A DNA stretch of 52,024 nucleotides, filler included, from Squatina squatina (lineage: Eukaryota), in the NCBI GenBank assembly GCA_031763465.1. It is 3 parts of 3 records of this genome, joined end to end, with 100 filler letters (N's around TTAATTAATTAA, not from the genome) between each part and the next. Parts side by side here need not be neighbours in the genome. Positions count along the whole stretch, not along the records: positions 25,816 to 38,305 come from JARFOE010000121.1; 2 more parts are not named here. One strand, written 5' to 3'. A program made the translations under genes and the position numbers. Shown piece after piece: positions 25,816 through 36,892 of the stretch (position 1 is the first letter of the stretch; each line of letters starts with the position of its first letter). Below the pieces are notes generated by a model that was given only the letters and a program-made list of their open reading frames with translations, was not told the origin of the DNA and did not search any database.

Positions 25816-26215
25816 GCCAATGATGTACTTTTGAAGTGCAGTCACTGTTGTACCATAGGAAATGCGGCAGCCGACTTCTGCACAGCAAGATCCCACAGTC
25901 AGCAATGTGATAATGACCAGATAAACTTTTGTTTAGTGATTTTGGTTAAGGGCTGGCCTCGGCACTGGGGGAAAAATCCCCCTGCTCTTTTTTTGAAATA
26001 GTGCCATGGGATCTTTTATATCCAACTGAGAAGACATAAGGGGCCTCGGTTTATCGTCTCATCTGAAAGGTGGCACCTCTGATGGTGCAGCACTCCTTCA
26101 GTATTGCTCTGGAGTGTCAGCCTGGATTATGTCCTCAAGTCTCTGGAGTGGGACTTGAACCCACGACCTTCTGACCCAGAGGTGACAGTGTTACTGACTT
26201 AGCCACGGCTGACAC
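25816..26215 (-). mobile_element. Near full-length Deu-domain SINE in a PTPRO intron
   Basis: tRNA head with A and B boxes at 26140-26212, central core, and the reverse complement of GGGATCTTGCTGTGCAGAAGTCGGCTGCCGC. Confidence 0.85.
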
Positions 26216-26299
26216 AATAATGAATAAGATAACATAATTCAATATATTGGTATCACATTGGTGGTATTTTACAGTAGTGGTATTGGTAGCTTGGCCTAC

Positions 26300-26585
26300 C
26301 TTGCCTTTGGATGTAAATGTTGAAGCCATCGTAAGCTGTAGGTGGCTTTGGAGGGAACCATTCAAGCACAAGCCAAACAGTCTCCGAATTAACAATAGAG
26401 TGTGCCGGCTCTGTGGTTGTATAAATAATATTTTGCGGATCTTCTTCAGTGACATTCATTATATCTAAATAATCGCTTCCACTTGCTGAAATCTCTTTAC
26501 TGTCTGGTTGGAACTCCAGCGCCCAGTCAGCGATCATTCTCTCGTCACCTTCACTAGTCGATTTATAATCACCCCAACCGACTGA
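26300..26585 (-). CDS. PTPRO: PTPRO exon 5, 5' part lost in an N gap
   Basis: Frame is open from the gap edge: SVGWGDYKSTSEGDERMIADW...LEWFPPKPPTAYDGFNIYIQRQ, then G|GTAGGC (phase 1). Matches human [22 protein letters not shown]. Exon number is taken from the recalled human structure. Confidence 0.9.
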
Positions 26586-26699
26586 NNNNNNNNNNNNNNN
26601 NNNNNNNNNNNNNNNNNNNNNNNNNNNNNNNNNNNNNNNNNNNNNNNNNNNNNNNNNNNNNNNNNNNNNNNNNNNNNNNNNNNNNAAGGAGTTGCTTAC

Positions 26700-26979
26700 T
26701 TGTTAGTACAGCAACTAAATGTACCGGTTTAACAGTTGATTTTGAGCTTCCGGTCAGGAGGGTAATTAAGTAGTAGATCCCATGGTAAGAAGCATTGAAG
26801 ACCACAGGAGGAGGGAGTGTAGTGTTGAAGTCTTTGAACTGGAGTTTATAATTGGTCAGGTTAACAGACTGTGTTATCTTCACATAGTACAGTGAGGATC
26901 CATTAGTCACATCAGATGGCTGGAGTGACACGATGATTTTGTTGTCATCACTAACCGTGGCAGAGATTGCAGCAGCACT
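26700..26979 (-). CDS. PTPRO: PTPRO exon 2 (first fibronectin type III-like region)
   Basis: Acceptor ttccctctatccAG, donor A|GTAAGC, 280 nt, phase 0 to 1. Encodes SAAAISATVSDDNKIIVSLQPSDV...FNTTLPPPVVFNASYHGIYYLITL...VAVLT, closely resembling human VQDDNNIVVSLEASDV...[24 protein letters not shown]...ITVLT. Confidence 0.95.
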
Positions 26980-29449
26980 CTGGATAGAGGGAATAAAAGC
27001 ATAAGCATTAAAAATAAAATTCTTGAAATGGATGTTTTTCACGTTAGCATGTGAACGGTTGAATTAAATAGTTAAAGGATAACCGCCCCTCTGTACAAAT
27101 ACATGGGACCTGGAAGAAGAAAGCATCTATTCAGATGTAATCACATTTAACACGCATGCAAGGAGGAAAAAAAGATCAGCACAAAATTCGCTAGGTAATG
27201 CCCAGTTATATACACGTCAAATGGATTCAAAGAACTGGAAAATTCAGGTCAAGAGTAATGGACAGAGTCCTGCACACTGGAATAGATTATCGCAATGCAG
27301 TTGTCTTTCAATTCGGTTTCATTCCCTAAAGACCTTTGCTTCCTTTTCACAATCAGCTATTTTTCTGAGATCAAAATTAGTGAGCTTATTAAGACAAACA
27401 TGAACCAATTACTAGTTAGACTTTTAAAAAAAAAACTTTATAAAATTGAGCATATTTTAAATATGGATTCCAATATTGGAAAATTTATTTGAGAATCCTG
27501 CACTTTGCGACTGCTATATTTAAAGTGGCATCGTACTTGAGATTTTTGTCAATTAAAATCACTGGAAACAGCCATCTCCAATGATTATATTTTTAGATGT
27601 CCATTATTCACCGACATATATCCAGAATCTGTATACAGACATGTATTCAAATATGATTGTAATGAATGGGATAAAATTGCATACAAAGCGGCTTTGTAGA
27701 GACATGAATAGTTATAATGATGTGTTTGACTGCAATGCAATGGTGTGTTGCTGCCTTCATACCTGTTAAATCGAAGTTTGTCGAGGTAGTTTGTGAGGTG
27801 ACGCTCCGGGCACGGCCGACGGGAGGATCAGATGTGGAGACGAGTGCGCCTGAATTGTGACACTCCCAAATTCTGGTCATTTATTTTAATGAAATAATAA
27901 AAAAAAAATAAAAAATAAAAAAAACTACACAATCAGGAGTGGCACAGATCAGGTGCACTGACCTCCACACTCGATCTTCCAATCCATACTTTAGATCAAT
28001 GGTCGACACCACGAGCTTCAGCACAAACAATTAACCCGAGAGTTTCAAGGGAAAGAAATGGATCTCTTCACAATCGCCAAATGAAGAAAAAAAAATAGGT
28101 CCAGATACCAATAATTGCTTCTTTCGTACAATCTGTCACAGCCATACTCAACTTATATTTATTAAGACAAACTCAAGCTCAGACAGGTGAATGTAGAGAG
28201 GTCCTTATGTTTAATAATTTCAAAATTTCCCTCGTATGTATTAGGGCGCGAAATTTATCTGCATTGCTTCGGGGCGGTAGCGAGGCGGGAGCCGGCATTT
28301 CTCGCACCGGCTCCAACCCCGCCCTCTGCAGAATTTGCCGTTCCAGGGCGGGAACGAGGTGCAGCGATGCCGGCCCGGCTCCGGGGCTGTGGGGGGTGGG
28401 GCTGGNNNNNNNNNNNNNNNNNNNNNNNNNNNNNNNNNNNNNNNNNNNNNNNNNNNNNNNNNNNNNNNNNNNNNNNNNNNNNNNNNNNNNNNNNNNNNNN
28501 NNNNNGTGTAATTGCACTGAGGCCTGTTGACATGATCAAAACTAAATTGAGTTCATTCTGATTTAAGAATTTATTTAAAATGTGTTGTGTAGATGCTGTT
28601 GATTAGTGGGATTCAAACTGAATGTCGATGAGCATATTTAATGTTTATTCAGGTTTAGTGGCTCAATAGAAGTCTTAGCTCGGATTCAGCCTGAGAGAAT
28701 GGGAAGTCTTAAACAAAACCAATTCCACAATACACTACATCACATGTAACACATAATGGAAATAATATACTCAAACCAGACACTAGCTGAAATCCTCATC
28801 TACCCAAGTGTGCAATGTAAATGGGGGAGGGGAGGACATCAAAATGAAATGAGTTAATCCAGAGTCCAATTTACAATAGAATTCTGAAGTGGGATTAATA
28901 GTTAATCTACATTGGTAATCACTATGTATGAAGCAAATAAATTTGGGAGCGCGGGAAATCTTGATGAAAGAAAATTCCCTTGGCACAGCAATGAATTCAA
29001 CCTTTAAACTAGAATCAATTCAGCCAGTGTAAATGGGTAAGTGAAAAGTCCCGTGACTGGATACTCCTCTGATCACGAGCGCTATATTTAATTTTTTGAC
29101 TGTGATTTGGTGTTTCTGTGCAGCAGGTATCCTGCTGACCAAAAGTAAAAACAAGATTCTCCAACAAGCTGCTAGAAGGTGTACTGGAACAGTTCATAGT
29201 CAGGGTCTTTCTATTAAAAAAAAGTTTAAAAAATAAAGGCAGCAATTTGGGTGTTAGGACCACTATTTTACACACTCCCTGTAGTCACTTGACAATTAGC
29301 CAACAGGTCCTGAACTGCCAAGAGTGTTCCACGGCCTCACTTGCAATCGAAATGAAGCTTTAGCTGATGAGTATTGACTACATATTCGCAGCAGCTATTA
29401 AAAGGACCATTGCTTTCATACAATCAATCGAGGAAAATACTTTGGTGCA

Positions 29450-29815
29450 TGAAATAGGCCAGTCAGCCCATTAAGTCTTTGCTGATGGTTTTCTCCTCAA
29501 GAGCTACCTCTCCTAATTTCTCCCTTTACTCTTTAACATTCCCCTTTTTCAAGCAACGATCGAATTTCCCTTTAAAAGAATTCATGGACACTTGCTTCAG
29601 TATCTATGCCACATTCTGACCATAATTATTTAAAATCTCCCTTTTAATTCTTTGTGCGATCATCTCTTTCATTATAGTCATGTCAATCAGTGGAAACAAT
29701 CCATCACAATTTACCCGATCATAACCCTTCAGAAGGTCACCTCTCAATCTTTTCGCACTGCAGGCTAGGGTCTTGTACAAGCTCAGCACTAGCTTCCAGC
29801 TTTTGTATTCTATGT
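29450..29815 (-). mobile_element. Old CR1 LINE fragment
   Basis: MLSLYKTL...KRLRGDLLKGYDRV, heavily decayed. Confidence 0.6.
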
Positions 29816-30725
29816 CTCATTTTTGATGGAAATGTGTTCGGAGAATAATTTTCGTTTCGGGAGGGTGCCGAGATGCAGACTTCATTATGAAAAGGTCATG
29901 TACAAATGACGTGATGCAACATTTTGATACANNNNNNNNNNNNNNNNNNNNNNNNNNNNNNNNNNNNNNNNNNNNNNNNNNNNNNNNNNNNNNNNNNNNN
30001 NNNNNNNNNNNNNNNNNNNNNNNNNNNNNNNATTGGCCACACGTCACAACCAATTTCCGTGCAGCTCCTGCAACCACGATAGTAAAGGGCTACAGAATGA
30101 CTGTGATAGGACTATTAAACGGCAGAGTGTTGCCCTTGGGGAGCAGGTCTATTTAAACGCGTGCGATGAAAGGGTCAACATTAGTGTAGTCTCCTTGGAC
30201 CCCGTTTGTTCAAAAAAATGCATTAATTTTGCAAAATGCCAAGAGAGAAAGAGAAACAAATCGATCCGGATAATCTTTCACAAATTAACAGCACAGGTCA
30301 GGGAAAATTCATAATAAATAGTTTCTCTTTCATAAAAATAATCAAAACTGTCGTGTTATAATCTAATATTTACCTAAAGTGAATAATTCAGGAAACAGAC
30401 ATGAAAGCAATATGTGACTGCTGTAAGTGGGGTGCAGTAACAGGCTGGAATACATTAGTCTCGGCGAAAATAAAGTGACTTCATTGTGCCTGGAAGCATA
30501 TTATGCCAAGCCGACCTTTTGTGTCAGCTCTGGTTATTAATGGTGAGAGCACATTGAGGTAGGGGGAACGACACACCGAGACCTTTTAAAAGAATATGTA
30601 TCTTGCACTTCACACAAGACGCTAATACAGAGAGAATCAAAATAATTTCAGTCTGTTTTGCTACAAAATAGGATTGTTTCTTTTTAAAAAAGTGATGCGT
30701 CAGTTTAAAGCTACATTGCACTTAC

Positions 30726-30800
30726 CTTTATGGCGAAAAGGAAATAAGTGATAAAAAGCACCATTGAGCAAACGGCTCCTCTTTGCAGATCCCAATGCAT
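30726..30800 (-). CDS. PTPRO: PTPRO (receptor-type tyrosine phosphatase O) coding exon 1, signal peptide
   Basis: Minus strand ATG...AAG|GTAAGT encodes MHWDLQRGAVCSMVLFITYFLFAIK: 25 aa, hydrophobic C-terminal half, phase 0. Length, terminal Lys and phase match human PTPRO exon 1 as recalled, and it splices in frame to the exon at 26979. Not annotated in this frame in the ORF track. Confidence 0.85.
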
Positions 30801-31185
30801 TTAACGGAGATGGGGAAATCTGGCAGGAGGCTCGGCTGCTGACACAGACAATGGCGCTTTCCTGCAGCATCAGATCACTTGCACTGTCTCCGCTCACTCT
30901 GCATGCTGCAGACTGGGTCCCAGCCTTTCGATGGTGTCCCTCCTTTCCTTTTGCTGATACCACTGGAAAAAAAAATGCACTTTTTTTTTTCTTCCCCCAC
31001 CCCTCTCAACGGTTCCTAAAACACTCGTTCAGTGAGCAGACTGATCACCTCCCTCCTGTGATCCTTCCATCAGTGTGTTGTGTTGCATTTGATCAATGGG
31101 CAGGGAGCATCCCCGACACAAAAAGCTCATTCTCTTCCTCTAACCCCGCCTCTCTCTCTCCTCCAGGGAGACTGTGAGTTCCAGC
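30801..31185 (-). promoter_or_regulatory. Probable PTPRO 5' UTR and proximal promoter region
   Basis: Repeat-free sequence directly upstream of the PTPRO ATG on the same contig. The transcription start cannot be determined. Confidence 0.45.
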
Positions 31186-31285
31186 NNNNNNNNNNNNNNN
31201 NNNNNNNNNNNNNNNNNNNNNNNNNNNNNNNNNNNNNNNNNNNNNNNNNNNNNNNNNNNNNNNNNNNNNNNNNNNNNNNNNNNNN

Positions 31286-32015
31286 CCACAATACTGGCCC
31301 CCGACACCCTCCACAATCCTGGCCCCCGACACCCTCCCCAATCCTGGTACTCGACCCCCTCCACAATCCTGGTAGCCGGCCCCCTCCACAATCTTGGTCC
31401 CGACACCCTCCCCCTCCCCCTCCCCCTCCACAAACCTGGTACCCGACCCCCTCCACAATCCTGGTACCCGACCCATTCCACAATCCTGTTACTCGACCCC
31501 CTCCACAATCCTGGTACCCGACCCCCTCACAATCCTGGCCCCGAACCCCTCCACAATCCTGGCCCCAGACGCACTCCACAATCCTGGTACCCGACCCATT
31601 CCGCAATCCTGGTACCCGACCCTCTCCGCAATCCTGGTACCCGACCCATTCCACAATCCTGGTACCCGACCCATTCCACAATCCTGTTACTCGACCCCCT
31701 CCACAATCCTGGTACCCGACCCATTCCGCAATCCTGGTACCCGACCCCCTCCACAATCCTGGTACCCGGCCCCCTCCACAATCTTGGTCCCGACACCCTC
31801 CCCCTCCCCCTCCCCCTACACAATCCTGGTACCCGACACCCTCCACAATCCTGGCCCCCGACACCCTCCACCATCCTGGCGCCCGACACCCTCCACAATC
31901 TTGGCCCCCGACTCCCTCCACCCTCCAGCTTCCACAATCCTGGCCCCCGACACCCTCCACCCTCCACAATCCACAATCCTGGCCCCCGACACCCTCCACA
32001 ATCCTCGACCCGAAC
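31286..32015. repeat. C-rich minisatellite, unit about 25 nt (CCACAATCCTGGTACCCGACCCCCT and variants)
   Basis: Tandem units are directly visible. It produces the overlapping Pro-rich and Gly-rich ORFs in all six frames. Confidence 0.95.
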
Positions 32016-32689
32016 ACCACCAGAAACACCGCCAGGAGTCCACCAAAGAAAAGCAGGAAGCTGATCTCAGAAAGTTCCCCAGGGTTAGAGGTGTGACTGA
32101 CAGGCAGGCTCAAACTCACCTTTACACTGGCTATCCCAGTAAAAAGGAAATTCCCTTTTCTGGGAGGGTTGTGCCTGGCCTGCTTCCTCTTTTCGAGATC
32201 AACTAGGCGTTTACAGCACATTTTGTTTACATTTATAATCTGCTGCAGCTGCAGGATTTGTTTCTTGTCCATTTTTTTGCCTTTGCCCTTAACGTGGGCC
32301 TCTCTCATGCCACAGAATGGACTACTGTCACATGATCTGCAACCAAGTTGCTGCTTGTGTTGATGTATTTTCAGCATTTTAGTCTTTTTTCCTTTTTAAT
32401 TTCTTTGATTGCTTCATTTAGATTATGCTTTATAACATCTAATAGCTTTCTCAATGCAGACATTACATAAATAAATAATAATTCAAGAAAATTGAGACAA
32501 AATTATTTTTAATCATGAACTGGGCCGAATGTTGAAGAGAGTTCCTCCCCGATATTTATAGTTGAGTAAGTGAAAATGAATTAGTTGACAAAAGCTGAGC
32601 AGTTTTCAGACCCTTGTCCTGCTGCATTCTTACTGTGCTTGCGAGTCCAAGTGAAGGCTACTATTTTGTCACTCTTCTGAAACCATTTG

Positions 32690-34254
32690 TCAGTTGGACA
32701 TCTCGTTGGCTTGCTCAATAATGCTCCTTGTTGATGAGTGGCTTTCATTGTACGTGCGCTCAGCTGGAGTGCGGGGGTTCCTAAGGGGGGTCATGAGCCA
32801 TGTTTGCAAGGGGTAGCCCTTGCCCCCAGTAACCAACCACGAGGTGGGTTTGGAACCTGAAGCTTTGCGGGCACGCTGCTCTGCCACAAAATGAAGGCGT
32901 CGTGGGCACTGCTCGGATGCCGGGCATTCACCACTATGATCATTCTGTTGTGATCGCACAACAATTGGACGCTGACAGACAGGAAGCCCTTGCAGTTGCA
33001 GAACTGCTCAGGATAACTATCTGGGGTCCTTATGGCTACGTGAGCGCAATCAGTGACACCCTGCACCATCGGGAATCCTGCCATTAGGTAAAAGCCAGTT
33101 GAGCACTCCAAATCCTTCTCTCTAATCATGTGGAAAGAAATGTATTGCACTCTCCAACTGTAGAGAGTCTGTGTGACATCTCTGATGGTGCGATAAATGG
33201 CAAATTGTGAGATGTTGCTCAGATCTCCTGTGGCCCCCTGAAATGATCCATTAGCCTAGAAGTTGAGGACTATAGTGACCTTCACTGCTATTGAGAGAGC
33301 TGTCCTCATCCTTGTTTGAGGCTCCAGATCTCGAGCGAGCAGATGGCAGAGCTCTGTGATGATGTCTCTGGAGAAGCGAAGTCTTCTGACACACAGCTCC
33401 TCAGATAAGTTGAGGTAAGAGAATTGTTGATGGAAGGCCCTGAGTGAGGTAAGGCCTCCTCTGTACATTGGCATGGTTCCGTCCTCTACCTTCCCCCTCT
33501 TGATAGTCTGGTGCTGGTGGGGCAGCCTGTGGGTGGGGATGCCTCCCCCATCCTCTGTTGGCTGGCCTCTACCTGTGCCTATCGGCTGGTCCCTCTGCAG
33601 GCTCGGGTTCCTGCATTTGATGTGCTGGGTCTGCCTCAACTACCCCTCTCCTTTGGCCATCCCTCTGCTGGAGCCTTTGCCTTTGCAATTGCCTCCACCT
33701 TCTCCTTCTGATGAGGTAATTCTACAGATGAAGCAGCAGAAGACGATCTACTGCGAGTACAGCACCCATCGTGTTATTTAAATCAGTGTGCAAAGTGCCC
33801 TTACAATGAACTAATTAACTGGTGTGAAAGGTTAAACTTGATTAAAGTCCTTCTTTCTTCTTTGCTGCTAATGTATGGGCCGCAGCCCTTACACACACTG
33901 CTCCTCCTCCTCGCTGCTGTGGTGCCAAATACCTTTTCAAATGACTAAAAAATGGCGTCGGTCAGGGGCTGCCTCTGCAGTGGCAGCTTTTCTTGCCGCT
34001 GCTAGCCCCAGCTGACCCCTGCGATTTCAGCTGCAAATTTACTGCCGGGTTGCTCAGGGGACATTGCTCACGGTGATGACGTCACCATTACTATGCGCCA
34101 ATGAGAATGGCGTTGCGCTGGGCTGCGGAGGCGTCTTCTGTGGGTGCCTCTGCAAAATGGGCCCTGAATGTCCCGCTAGGCAGGACCAACGTTAAAAACA
34201 AAACAAAAGCGTCCGGCAAGATTGGGGCACTAAGAGGGCATCAATTTTGGCCCC
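32690..34254 (-). mobile_element. PIF/Harbinger DNA transposon, truncated, with one terminal repeat
   Basis: Contains the decayed transposase below. The right end is CpG-rich and terminates in AATTTTGGCCCC (GGGGCCAAAATT on the minus strand), abutting a SINE at 34255. Confidence 0.8.
32700..33475 (-). pseudogene. Harbinger (HARBI1-like DDE) transposase pseudogene
   Basis: Motifs [106 protein letters not shown]. In-frame TAG at 33256-33258 and a frameshift near 32822. Confidence 0.9.
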
Positions 34255-34485
34255 TAGGAGAATTTCCCTGCTCTTCCTCCCATAGTGCTGTGGGATCTTT
34301 TATATCCACCTGAGAGGGCAGATGCAGCCTTGGCTTAACTTCTTATCCGAAAGACAGCACCTCCAACAGTGCAGCACTCCCTCAGAACTGTACTGAAGTC
34401 TCAACCTAGGTTATGTGCTCCAGTCTCTGGACCCGCAATCTTCTGACAGAGGCACGGATGCTACCACTGAGCCAAGGCTGACACA
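34255..34485 (-). mobile_element. Deu-domain SINE 5' half abutting the Harbinger terminus
   Basis: Homologous to 25970-26215. Confidence 0.75.
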
Positions 34486-35845
34486 TATCTGACACAAAGG
34501 CAATCTAAAGTCAGTTGTAGGGAAAATAGTATCAAGCTGGAAAATCAGTGGAACGTTTTAGGCGTAAAGATTGCTGGAAGAAAGTAGTAAAATATGGATC
34601 GGAGTGGGTCAGATGGCTCATTCTAAAATATACCGAGTATAGAGTTACAGAAATCAAGTTAGACAGATAGGGAGAGAAAGAAGACTATTAAAGATGAGAG
34701 GCAGAGAAAGAGGTTACAGAAATAAAGTTAGGTAAAGAGAAAGAGGAGATGAAAAATGAGGTGAAGGGAAAGAAATAATGAAAGAGAACATTTATTTTAA
34801 GTGATGCAAATTTGTTTCTGTCATTCATTAATTTCTACTCCTGCCCTGAGTTTAGTGTTGACTTGCTCCCTCTTTCACCCCTATGAAAAGTCTGTGAGTT
34901 AATGCATTGTAATGTAGGCATCCTGTCCTTTGTTTCTGATTGTGGCAGTGTCTCTTTAGGCTTGGATAATATTTTTTCTTTTGTCACTCATTTCAATGTG
35001 TAGCTTGTGAGAACATGTAGCCAGGTTTCATTGAGCTCACTGGCACGTAGAGCATACAAGTGCTATTTGTAGTTTTTTGACTGGTGAATGGTCTGAGATT
35101 ACAGCTCAGGATACTATTTCTGGTCAACTTTTCCCTTAGCTCCTTAATTACATAGAGTATTGTTGCTTTGCGCTAGTTTGTCAGTGTTTTCTATTACTGA
35201 TGTGAAGTAATACCTTCAGAGATTGTGAAAATACCAAAAGCGCACCTTTAACATTGAGGATTTGTTTAGCAGTGCAGTCGGTGGCTAAAGCAGATAGGAA
35301 AGTCTCAATGGTATGGTGCAGATGATACTTCTGTAAGGAATATCACAGATCCGACAATATTGCACAAGGAGTTGGAATGCCGAGTCACACCCCGGAAACA
35401 TTTTCAGTAACTTACGTTTCAAGATACTGAAAATATGAGATAATTGACTTGAAGCGTACAGCTTACATTGTAAAGTCTGATATTACAATTGGTCAAAATA
35501 GAACAAGGGCTGTGCCAGTGAGGGGGCAGTCACATAGCAATTAAAACTTTGGACACTGATGAACAATGAGCTTCAACCTTATTTCTTTACCTGGTTTTCA
35601 TGAACAAAATTCCAGCAGGATTTCACTTTGAAAATACTCCTGCAACATCAAAGCTGGGCTCCAAATTAAAAATGGTTTGATCATCCATTTTGGGGCACAG
35701 TAGTTCCAACAGGGCAGTAAAGGCACCCAACACTACCACTTACTTNNNNNNNNNNNNNNNNNNNNNNNNNNNNNNNNNNNNNNNNNNNNNNNNNNNNNNN
35801 NNNNNNNNNNNNNNNNNNNNNNNNNNNNNNNNNNNNNNNNNNNNN

Positions 35846-36658
35846 CATCCGTGTGCGATACTAGTAAATTCAACCCTAATTCCCCATTCACCAACAGTCC
35901 CACTCCTGCCCTTCCCTCTGTCACTGAATATCACAGCTTCCATCATACAAAATAAATTTATAAATGAAATTATGCCATATTGCATTCAAACGTAAACTTA
36001 TCACCCTTATGCATTCCCTTAGTGCCTGTCATCCGTGTGCCTTTGCCTATCCTAATGCACCTACTCAGTGCTACCAGTGTCTGCAGCATGGCTGGTGGAA
36101 GGCTGCTGACTTTCAGGAGAGGAGACTGCAAGTGGCCTTGGAGGATAACCTTGGGCAATTCTGTACCTAGAAGGCCTGGCTGCAGACTGTACCACCTCAG
36201 CATAGGCGGCAGCAGTCTGGGNNNNNNNNNNGGCTTTCTGGCAGGCTTCCCAATGCACCAAGCATTCATTACACATACCCATCAGCCGCCTTCTGTAGCC
36301 TGTCCCTTTGAAGTCCTCATCTGAGTCTTCTGCAGCAGAACACGTGTGCGACCGCACCCTCCGGCGAACTGGCACGTCGCTATACTTGCCCCCTGCAGGC
36401 CAGTCGTGCCCGGTGCCTCACCACATGCTATTCCGGCCTCTATGCTATCCTCTAAATTACGTGCTGTATCAGTATCTGAGCTGGTGGCTGAACGTGTGTT
36501 ATCGAGTGACAGTGTTTCTTCACCATCGCTATCTTCTTGCTTTTCCACTACTGCCTGATGAGGTTGCAGTTCTTGGATATCTGAAAGGAGAAAGGCACAA
36601 GGTTGTGCTGAAGGGAGGGAGGTGGTGGCAAAGCAAGAAGTGTGTGCTTATACCCTCT
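35846..36658 (-). mobile_element. Harbinger internal fragment (probable Myb/SANT companion-gene region)
   Basis: 35960-36115 is homologous, in reverse complement, to 42370-42520, which adjoins a transposase C-terminus-like acidic segment. Has an acceptor-like ttgtgcctttctcctttcAG at about 36581 followed by an acidic, Ser/Thr-rich frame. Confidence 0.6.
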
Positions 36659-36758
36659 NNNNNNNNNNNNNNNNNNNNNNNNNNNNNNNNNNNNNNNNNN
36701 NNNNNNNNNNNNNNNNNNNNNNNNNNNNNNNNNNNNNNNNNNNNNNNNNNNNNNNNNN

Positions 36759-36892
36759 AGTTCTGACGAAGGGTCATCGACCCGAAATGTTGACTCTGTT
36801 TTTCTCTCCACAGATGCTGCCTGACCTGCTGAGTTATTCCAGCATTTTTTGTTTGTATTCTAGATTCCAGCATCTGCAGTATTTCGCTTCTG
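36759..36892 (+). mobile_element. Penelope-like terminal repeat with a minimal hammerhead-like core
   Basis: CTGACGAAGGGTCATCGACCCGAAATGTTGACT followed by CTCTCCACAGATGCTGCCTGACCTGCTGAG...CCAGCATTTT. Related copies lie at about 16484-16550, 18022-18078, 39430-39590, 42808-42860 and 47322-47466. Confidence 0.7.

Noticed and set aside
31286-32015. CRISPR-like array
   Set aside because: Units are directly tandem with no unique spacers, there are no cas genes, and the context is vertebrate.
31080-32377. Long Pro-rich and Gly-rich ORFs (up to 416 aa) in several frames
   Set aside because: They are by-products of a stop-free minisatellite of about 25 nt plus an N gap. The unit length does not preserve frame and there is no protein homology.
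32700-33475. Host HARBI1 gene
   Set aside because: It has an internal stop, a frameshift, truncation and an adjacent TIR, consistent with a transposon relic.
35514-35530. CTCF-like CCAGTGAGGGGGCAG
   Set aside because: The spacing is one base off the consensus core.
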